Assembly: GCF_000018465.1 (NCBI RefSeq)
Contig: NC_010085.1
Span: 1,590,001 to 1,622,000, forward strand
From: Nitrosopumilus maritimus SCM1
GTDB lineage: Archaea > Thermoproteota > Nitrososphaeria > Nitrososphaerales > Nitrosopumilaceae
Direction: 5' to 3'
Length of the DNA: 32,000 nt
Below, piece by piece: positions 16,121 through 22,285 of this stretch. The position numbers and the translations under genes are program-made. A model generated the notes under the pieces. That model was not told the origin of the DNA, did no database searches, and saw only the letters and a program-made list of their open reading frames with translations. The number at the start of each line of letters is the position of its first letter. Within the stretch, counting starts at the first letter, position 1.

Positions 16121-16867
16121 TTAACTTTCCACGCGTGGAGCTAGGTAAAAGTGAATTCTGCCAATATTGGCTACTTTGAATTCAATTCTAAGTGGTTTTG
16201 CGCTTGAAAATTCACATGTAATAAAGCCTGCAGTGGTTCCTACTGCTTTTACTACAGGATTTAGATATTCCAAACTGTATGTTCCAACGCTGTCTTCTTT
16301 TGAAGAAATTTCTTCAATGCCTTCATCATCTTTATCTAAATCAATGACAACTTCCCCAGAATCACCTTTTCCTGAAAAATCACCTTTAGAATCAGATGTA
16401 TGTATTGTCAAATAATCAGAAACTACTTGTACATCACCTAAAATTTTGTCAAACTTTGATGAAGATAATATAATTTTAGAATCATATGGTATCTTTGGTA
16501 ATGGAGTATCTGTTGCAGAACTTTCAATCAAACGCATTTTGTATTTTTTATTTTTTCCAACTGTAACAAGCAACATGTTTTGTTCAGATATACTAATTTC
16601 AATGCTATCTTTTTTATCGGCTCTTTTGATGAGTTTTGAGAATTCATCAATTCTTACACCAAATTTTATGTCACTGTCACATTCGTATTTTTCAAATGCA
16701 GAGTTAGGCCATGAAATGTCTATGAGTGCAACATGAGACGGATCCATTCCTCTAAATGAAATGCCTTCTGCTGTTGCAACAAATGTTGCCTCTTCAACAA
16801 GTGTTGAAATTGCAGAGATGATTGCCTTTAGATCATCAGAACCACTTGTTTTTGCTCCAAAAGTCAA
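16121..16867 (-). CDS. pcn: DNA polymerase sliding clamp PCNA
   Basis: LVEEATFVATAEGISFRGMDPSHVALIDISWPNSAFEKYECD matches the archaeal PCNA N-domain pattern. 248 aa. TTG start. Confidence 0.9.
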   Translation of the reverse strand: MTFGAKTSGSDDLKAIISAISTLVEEATFVATAEGISFRGMDPSHVALIDISWPNSAFEKYECDSDIKFGVRIDEFSKLIKRADKKDSIEISISEQNMLLVTVGKNKKYKMRLIESSATDTPLPKIPYDSKIILSSSKFDKILGDVQVVSDYLTIHTSDSKGDFSGKGDSGEVVIDLDKDDEGIEEISSKEDSVGTYSLEYLNPVVKAVGTTAGFITCEFSSAKPLRIEFKVANIGRIHFYLAPRVES

Positions 16868-16901
16868 ATCAACTTTGTTGACTTTACGTTCCAGTTAAAC
16901 G

Positions 16902-17219
16902 TTATGCGTAATTACGCCAAGTATATTGACATTTTGTACATCGATAGAACTGTGTTGTTGGTTCATCTGCACTTCTTGTTTGAAGCATCCACCAAATTGC
17001 TTCATCGTGTCCACATTTCTCACATTCTATTTTGATAGTTGGATGAGATTCTTCTCCCTCATTTCCTTCAAAAGCTAAAATGGATTCTTCTTGTTCTTCA
17101 GTTTCAACAGTTTTTTTGGTCTGTTTTTCTTCTGCACCTTCTGTATAACCACATTTTGAGCATTCAAGGCCAGAAGTACCTTTTTTTAATTTGACCTCAC
17201 ATTTGGGGCAAAACTTCAA
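16902..17219 (-). CDS. tfs: transcription factor S (TFS, RpoM-like transcript cleavage factor)
   Basis: N-terminal Zn ribbon FCPKCEVKL...CSKCGY. C-terminal TFIIS-type ribbon CEKCGHDEAIWWMLQTRSADEPTTQFYRCTKCQYTWR with the acidic SADEP loop. The start lies 1 nt after the rpoL stop. Confidence 0.9.
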   Translation of the reverse strand: MKFCPKCEVKLKKGTSGLECSKCGYTEGAEEKQTKKTVETEEQEESILAFEGNEGEESHPTIKIECEKCGHDEAIWWMLQTRSADEPTTQFYRCTKCQYTWRNYA

Positions 17220-17220
17220 T

Positions 17221-17499
17221 CTAATTTACCTTAAGTTTTGAATTAAATAATTGTTTGAACTCATCTGCCATCTTTATTGCTGAATCTGTAGCTTTCTTTA
17301 TTTCGCCTAATGGTTTTGAACTAGAATTAATTCTCATCCAACACTCGTTAGTAAGTGGATGTTTTACAATAACACCTGCAAAATCAATATTTGATTCCTT
17401 TAGAAGCTCATGTTGAATTAGGTACAAAATACCAATATCGGTTTCAGTGATTGAGAGGTTGATTTCTTTGGCTTCTGAACTGATCACTTGTGCGTTCAT
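17221..17499 (-). CDS. rpoL: DNA-directed RNA polymerase subunit L (Rpo11)
   Basis: 92 aa. It aligns by eye with crenarchaeal Rpo11 (EINLSITETD...LIQHELLKESNIDFAGVIVKHPLTNECWMRINS). Confidence 0.75.
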   Translation of the reverse strand: MNAQVISSEAKEINLSITETDIGILYLIQHELLKESNIDFAGVIVKHPLTNECWMRINSSSKPLGEIKKATDSAIKMADEFKQLFNSKLKVN

Positions 17500-17550
17500 G
17501 TATTCAGAAAAAGCACTTATTGCGGATATAAATCATTATGAGCAGTAGAA

Positions 17551-18087
17551 ATGAGCGAAAGTAGGATTTCAGACATAGAATTGGTAAAATCCAAGGATGA
17601 ATACGCATCAGATGAAAATATTGAGATAAATGTCCAATTTTCAGTTGAAGGTGGCCTAAGAGATGCATTCAACGAGGCAAACTGGACAGAGGCATACAAC
17701 AAAAACGATGTCTCATTCAAAATGAAATGCGGGATAAAACTAACTTCAGGAGGATTTAGGAAAAAAGAACTAGGCAGGACAATTGACACTTACAGAAAGG
17801 CATCCATATTTTGGACTAGAAATCCTAAACTTGTTAATCCTATGAAAGATAGAAGAATTTGGGTTCAGGTAGCCAAAAATTTTGAGCCATTTATCAGACT
17901 TACAGAAGAAGAAGTTAGACAAGAGTTATTTGATTTTAATGAGAAATTTGTTTTCAAAGCAGAAGACTTGGGAAAAGGCACACACAAAATTAGTGCTGAG
18001 GCATTTGCATCATGGCAAAAACATGAGTTTACAGAGCCAGGAAATGTCAAGAACAACTCTAGAGAAATTGAGATAAAAATCAATTAG
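17551..18087 (+). CDS. hypothetical protein
   Basis: 178-aa ORF with an ATG start. A TATA-like GGATATAAATC lies about 20 nt upstream. The overlapping antisense 17517..17789 ORF is hydrophobic, low-complexity and less plausible. Confidence 0.6.
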   Translation: MSESRISDIELVKSKDEYASDENIEINVQFSVEGGLRDAFNEANWTEAYNKNDVSFKMKCGIKLTSGGFRKKELGRTIDTYRKASIFWTRNPKLVNPMKDRRIWVQVAKNFEPFIRLTEEEVRQELFDFNEKFVFKAEDLGKGTHKISAEAFASWQKHEFTEPGNVKNNSREIEIKIN

Positions 18088-18088
18088 G

Positions 18089-18097
18089 GATATAAGG
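18089..18097 (+). promoter_or_regulatory. TATA-like box for the micro-ORF pair
   Basis: GATATAAGG is centred about 25 nt upstream of ATG 18118. Confidence 0.35.
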
Positions 18098-18117
18098 AAC
18101 TTTTTTGGTAAATTAGT

Positions 18118-18270
18118 ATGGCAAAATATGACGGTTTGTTGGGACAACCACTTCTTGAAATAGAAGATCCTGATAAAGAGGGGGGCATAACTTTCATTAT
18201 GAAAGATAATAGATTTTTGTTCATTAAAATGGTTGATGGTAAAATTGAGACGGTGTCAATTCCAGAATAG
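18118..18270 (+). CDS. micro-ORF A (50 aa), paralog of micro-ORF B
   Basis: Hand translation gives MAKYDGLLGQPLLEIEDPDKEGGITFIMKDNRFLFIKMVDGKIETVSIPE*. ATG start with a TATA-like box at about -25. An ungapped alignment to ORF B gives 16 identities over 48 positions. Below the track cutoff. Confidence 0.45.
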   Translation: MAKYDGLLGQPLLEIEDPDKEGGITFIMKDNRFLFIKMVDGKIETVSIPE

Positions 18271-18280
18271 GTGAAAATGA

Positions 18281-18427
18281 ATGATAGATGTTGAAGAATT
18301 CAAAATGAAAGAAATTCTAAAAATTGAAGACTCTGATTCAAATGATGAATTAACAGTAACTTTTTCAGATAATAAAATTATGAAGATCAAAATAGTTGAT
18401 GGTAAACTAGTTTCAGAATCTAATTAA
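18281..18427 (+). CDS. micro-ORF B (48 aa), paralog of micro-ORF A
   Basis: Hand translation gives MIDVEEFKMKEILKIEDSDSNDELTVTFSDNKIMKIKIVDGKLVSESN*. ATG start, preceded by the Shine-Dalgarno-like AGGTGA at 18270-18275. It overlaps the converging phosphatase gene by 4 nt. Confidence 0.45.
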   Translation: MIDVEEFKMKEILKIEDSDSNDELTVTFSDNKIMKIKIVDGKLVSESN

Positions 18428-18933
18428 TTTTTTACATGTTTTTCATAAAAACCGATAGCTAGTTCTTGTACTTCAGATTGAATCGAACCTGGTCTTTCTT
18501 CACGAATTTTTTTGATAGCATCTTCTGCAGTGAATTTTTTGTATTTTACAAAATAACATGCAAGTATTGTTCCAGCTCTTCCCATACCAGCTGCACAATG
18601 AACCATCACTGCATGATCATTTGTGATTTGCTCATGTATAAAATCAACTGCAGAGTCTATATTTTCCATATCAGGTGCTGTAAAATCAGGTGTTGGTACA
18701 TGAAGATATCCAATATTTTGTACCCAATTATCGGGTAAAGAATTTTCAGTCATGGTAACAATTGATTTTACGCCTTGGTTTACAATCCAATCAAATTCAT
18801 CAAAACTTGTAGGCATACCAGAGCCTGCTAATTTTTCTTCAATCAGCCAGGAAAAGTTTGTTGGTTTTTTTGTAATCTTTCCATGAACTTTTCTCCAGAG
18901 ATTACCAGGCTTGCTCATGTGAGATGTTAACAT
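18424..18933 (-). CDS. dual-specificity / protein-tyrosine phosphatase (HCx5R)
   Basis: VHCAAGMGRAGT is the Cys-based phosphatase P-loop. 169 aa. Confidence 0.85.
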   Translation of the reverse strand: MLTSHMSKPGNLWRKVHGKITKKPTNFSWLIEEKLAGSGMPTSFDEFDWIVNQGVKSIVTMTENSLPDNWVQNIGYLHVPTPDFTAPDMENIDSAVDFIHEQITNDHAVMVHCAAGMGRAGTILACYFVKYKKFTAEDAIKKIREERPGSIQSEVQELAIGFYEKHVKN

Positions 18934-18961
18934 TCACTATATTTTTAGCATTACGAAATGT

Positions 18962-19603
18962 TTAGTGTGCTACGGCTCTTACTGGTGAACCTGTTGCATC
19001 TTTTAGTTTTAGGGGTAGAATTGTAAAATCAAATTCTCTTGATTTGATCTTATTCAAATTTGCCAAATTTTCTACTATCAAAATATTTTTTTTTGATAAA
19101 ATGTGATGAACACTAAATGATTCATCTTTTCCAAGATCTATACTAGGTGAATCTATTCCAACAAGATTAGTATTTTTTTGTGCAAGATATGTAGCTGCCG
19201 ATAATGCTAGTCCAGGATTTTCTGTAAAATAATTATCTTTTTTGACATTTTTTTGCCAACCTGTAAAAAAGAAGATAGATGATTTATCAGGAATGTTACC
19301 ATTTTCTTTCTCAAAGTGAACAATGTCTGATTTTGTGATTGGAGAGTTTTTTGATTTCTTTATTTTAATTAGAATTGCTTTCCCCATTAATCTACCAAGT
19401 GGGATCTGGTCAATTTTGATCCCATTTTTAACAAAATGAAAAGGAGCATCAAGATGAGTTCCAGTATGCGAACTTAGGAACAATAATTCAAGATTATATC
19501 CATCTTCTTTGAGATGGGACCATGAAATGAATTGTGGTGTTGGAGAACCAGGAAAACTTGGGATAGATTTTGATATTGTAAGTGTGAGATCGATTGGTTT
19601 CAC
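18962..19603 (-). CDS. cyclase-family protein (kynurenine formamidase-like metal hydrolase)
   Basis: SSHTGTHLDAPFHF is the hallmark motif of the putative cyclase / arylformamidase family. GTG start. Confidence 0.8.
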   Translation of the reverse strand: MKPIDLTLTISKSIPSFPGSPTPQFISWSHLKEDGYNLELLFLSSHTGTHLDAPFHFVKNGIKIDQIPLGRLMGKAILIKIKKSKNSPITKSDIVHFEKENGNIPDKSSIFFFTGWQKNVKKDNYFTENPGLALSAATYLAQKNTNLVGIDSPSIDLGKDESFSVHHILSKKNILIVENLANLNKIKSREFDFTILPLKLKDATGSPVRAVAH

Positions 19604-19678
19604 ATCAATACGACAAAATGCTAATTAATCAATTTTTGAATTATGAAAAGTTAAATACTCTTTGAGCAGAATTTTCGT

Positions 19679-19936
19679 GTGCCTACTGCATATGTTCTAC
19701 TAAATTCTGATTTAGGATCAGATGAATCAATTATCAACGAAGTAAAACAAATTCTTACAGATGAAGATGTAACCTACGAAGTCCAAGGGGTTTATGGGGT
19801 ATATGATATCGTGTTGAAATTGTCTTCAGATGATGCTGAAAAACTACGTTCAATCATTACAAACAAGGTCAGAAAGATTACCAAAGTACAATCTACTTTA
19901 ACAATGATGGTAATAGAAGAACAAGAGAATCTATAG
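19679..19936 (+). CDS. stand-alone Lrp/AsnC ligand-binding (RAM) domain protein
   Basis: 85 aa. AYVLLNSD...VKQIL..EDVTYEVQGVYGVYDIVLKLSSDD..KLRSIITNKVRKITKVQSTLTMMVIE follows the RAM-domain beta-alpha-beta-beta-alpha-beta pattern. There is no HTH. GTG start. Confidence 0.65.
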   Translation: MPTAYVLLNSDLGSDESIINEVKQILTDEDVTYEVQGVYGVYDIVLKLSSDDAEKLRSIITNKVRKITKVQSTLTMMVIEEQENL

Positions 19937-21076
19937 TCTCTTTATTGCATCAACTACAGACATAATTTCAGATTCTGAGTTAAAGAAATGAGGTGAAGCT
20001 CGCACAATCTTTGTTTCCATAATTTCTCTTAGAGCTAAGACGATGTTTTGCTTTTCAAGTCTATCAACAACCTCTTGTGAATCCATTCCATCTATGTTAA
20101 AAGACACAATACTTGTTCTAGAATTAGGATCTTCAGGACCATACAAAATAATTTTTGGAATTTTTGATAGTTCTTCTCTTAGAAGATTTGACAAGTATTG
20201 ATTTTTTTCACGTATATTTTTGAGACCAAAATTAAGCAAATAGTTTGCAGAAGATTCCAATCCAACAATTCCAACGTAATTTCTAAAACCAGTTTGAAAT
20301 TTATCAGGAAGTTCTTTGAATGCTAAACTGGTATCATCATAGATAATTGCAGATTCGCCCCCAATAGTTTTTGGTTCTAACAATTCACTTGATTTTCTAT
20401 TACAATAAAACAATCCAGTTCCCATTGGACCACAAAGCCATTTTGATCCATTAAAAGACATAAAATTACAATTTATTTTTGAAACATCAACGTCAATACA
20501 TCCTACAGTTTGTGCACTATCAACAAATAGAGGCACATCACTGAGTAGTTTTGTGATTTCTTCTAAAGGCAAAATAGAACCAGTATTGTACAAAGCATGA
20601 CTAAGAGCAACTAATTTTGTATTATCATCAAGTAATGATTCTAAATCTTCAGATTTGAAAAATCCATCTTTATCAATTGAGAGATTCTTTAGAGAGATTT
20701 TTTCTTTTAGTTTTAACCAGGGATAAAAATTTGAATGATGTTCATGGGTCATTCCACGAATAATTACATTTGATTTTTCATCAAATGAAAGTCCATTTGC
20801 TACAATATTGATTCCATCAGTAGTACTTTGAGTTAGAACTACTTCATCAGGTTGACATGAGATAATTTTGGCTATAGTTTTTCTTACATCTCTTAGTTTT
20901 TCAGTTACGAATGACTCTGATTCTTTTGAATCAGGTCCAAGAGAGTTGTAAGAAATTAGAAAATCTTTCATTGCCTCAATACTTTGAATAGGCATTAGGG
21001 ATACTGATGCATTGTTTAGATAGATTTTATCTGAATTTGGAAAGTCATCTGAAATATCCTTTGATACTAAATTCAT
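19931..21076 (-). CDS. class V aminotransferase / cysteine desulfurase-like PLP enzyme
   Basis: Fold-type I layout. FVDSAQTVG and SFNGSKWLCGPMGTGLFY (PLP Lys in an SxxK context) are typical of the class V family. 381 aa. Confidence 0.8.
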   Translation of the reverse strand: MNLVSKDISDDFPNSDKIYLNNASVSLMPIQSIEAMKDFLISYNSLGPDSKESESFVTEKLRDVRKTIAKIISCQPDEVVLTQSTTDGINIVANGLSFDEKSNVIIRGMTHEHHSNFYPWLKLKEKISLKNLSIDKDGFFKSEDLESLLDDNTKLVALSHALYNTGSILPLEEITKLLSDVPLFVDSAQTVGCIDVDVSKINCNFMSFNGSKWLCGPMGTGLFYCNRKSSELLEPKTIGGESAIIYDDTSLAFKELPDKFQTGFRNYVGIVGLESSANYLLNFGLKNIREKNQYLSNLLREELSKIPKIILYGPEDPNSRTSIVSFNIDGMDSQEVVDRLEKQNIVLALREIMETKIVRASPHFFNSESEIMSVVDAIKRL

Positions 21077-21102
21077 TATTATATCTGTAGAATGCTAAAT
21101 GG

Positions 21103-21699
21103 GTGTTGGATAAAAGTCCTGAGCAAATTTTTGATAGTGAACTAGTCCATATTCAAAATGAATTCAAAGAGAAAGTCCCCAACATTGTACTTTGTTCAGA
21201 ACCATTTCACAAAGTAGAATTTCTCAATAAATTAATCAACTCTGTTGAAAAACCAGTAATTTTTGTAGATATGGATTTACTCTATACAGGATATGTGGAA
21301 TCAGGAATAATTCAAAAGAAAAACAATCTAACAATATTTCATCCTACAAAAGAGAACTGGCAAGAAAAATTCTCTGAGATAATCACAAAAGTGTCCAAAG
21401 AAAAATTTCTTGTGATTATTGATTCATTTAATGGAGTACACAATATGTTTGAAGATTTAGAGTCTGCCATATTCATTAACTCATGTATAATGTTGCTAGC
21501 ATCATTAGGAAAAGACGTGGATTCTTCTATCATCATAACTGCAATGGCCAGAAAAAAGGAAGATGAGGGGTGGATTCTTACACCAGGAGGCAAACAAATC
21601 ATAAAATCTGCAAAAACTGGAGTTTATCTTCTAAAGAAAACTGAGAATAATTTGATTATTCGTGAAATAAAAGAGAATTCAAAAATTTTCAAGATCTGA
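21103..21699 (+). CDS. hypothetical protein
   Basis: 198-aa ORF with a GTG start and a TATA-like TTATTATAT about 22 nt upstream. No confident motif. Confidence 0.5.
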   Translation: MLDKSPEQIFDSELVHIQNEFKEKVPNIVLCSEPFHKVEFLNKLINSVEKPVIFVDMDLLYTGYVESGIIQKKNNLTIFHPTKENWQEKFSEIITKVSKEKFLVIIDSFNGVHNMFEDLESAIFINSCIMLLASLGKDVDSSIIITAMARKKEDEGWILTPGGKQIIKSAKTGVYLLKKTENNLIIREIKENSKIFKI

Positions 21700-21729
21700 T
21701 TGAAAAGTAACGGAAATGCGATCAAAAAT

Positions 21730-21764
21730 TCAAACGCCGTTATAAAATCTCAAACGCCGTTATA
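21730..21764 (+). promoter_or_regulatory. two perfect 15-bp direct repeats (TCAAACGCCGTTATA), each containing the palindrome AACG-C-CGTT; candidate operator pair
   Basis: The copies lie at 21730-21744 and 21750-21764, an exact 20-bp period. An inverted half-site TAACGG lies at 21708-21713. They sit in the spacer upstream of the ferredoxin gene. Confidence 0.45.
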
Positions 21765-21783
21765 GCACGGGATTTTTAGGCAA

Positions 21784-21792
21784 ATTATATTA
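21784..21792 (+). promoter_or_regulatory. TATA-like box for the ferredoxin gene
   Basis: ATTATATTA is centred about 30 nt upstream of ATG 21819. Confidence 0.35.
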
Positions 21793-21818
21793 ATGACAAA
21801 TCAAGATTTTCTTTTGTT

Positions 21819-22118
21819 ATGCCAGTAGGAATTATTCCAGACATAAGCGAACAAATGTGTATCGGATGTGCACTATGTGTAGAAATCTGTACAACACTTG
21901 GTCCAGATGTCCTTAGAGTAAAACCAGTTGAAGGCTGGAAGAGAGGTAAAGCATTTGTCTTTTACCCAGAGAGATGTATTTCTGATGGTGCATGCATCGG
22001 TGTATGCCCAACAAAAGCAATCTTTTGGATGAGACCAATGGACTTTACTGTTGGACAACCAGTTCCACTCCACAAAGATTCAGTCTTCGTAAAAGGTTGG
22101 ACCGAATTAATCGATTAG
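21819..22118 (+). CDS. dicluster ferredoxin, probably 7Fe type ([4Fe-4S] + [3Fe-4S] or Asp-ligated cluster)
   Basis: Motif 1 is CIGCALCVEIC (CxxCxxCxxxC). Motif 2 is CISDGACIGVCP (CxxDxxCxxxCP, with Asp replacing the second Cys). 99 aa with a ~30-aa C-terminal extension. Confidence 0.8.
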   Translation: MPVGIIPDISEQMCIGCALCVEICTTLGPDVLRVKPVEGWKRGKAFVFYPERCISDGACIGVCPTKAIFWMRPMDFTVGQPVPLHKDSVFVKGWTELID

Positions 22119-22285
22119 ATTAGTTCAACTTTTAATTTCTTTTTCTTATTTTTGATTTTAACAGCCTTAGGCTTAGTTCTTTCTTTCTACCAAAGCAATT
22201 ATCAGAGAATAGAATCAATGCAGGTGTAATATACTTGAATATCCTAGAAGCCTTGATATTTACATAAAAACAACAAGGAGCAAAA

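Noticed and set aside
16167-16736. Two antisense ORFs (82 and 96 aa) opposite PCNA
   Set aside because: PCNA on the minus strand is unambiguous. The plus-strand translations have no motifs and are Ser/Phe/Leu-rich mirror-frame artefacts.
17517-17789. 90-aa minus-strand ORF overlapping the start of 17551..18087
   Set aside because: It would leave no promoter space next to rpoL and its product looks like a mirror-frame artefact. The plus-strand ORF is longer, has an ATG and has a TATA-like box upstream.
21103-21699. Idea that the 198-aa protein is a RecA/KaiC-like pseudo-ATPase (FLVIIDSF resembles a Walker B strand)
   Set aside because: There is no Walker A/P-loop and no other RecA-fold landmark that I can identify by eye. 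The evidence is too thin without profile or structure searches.
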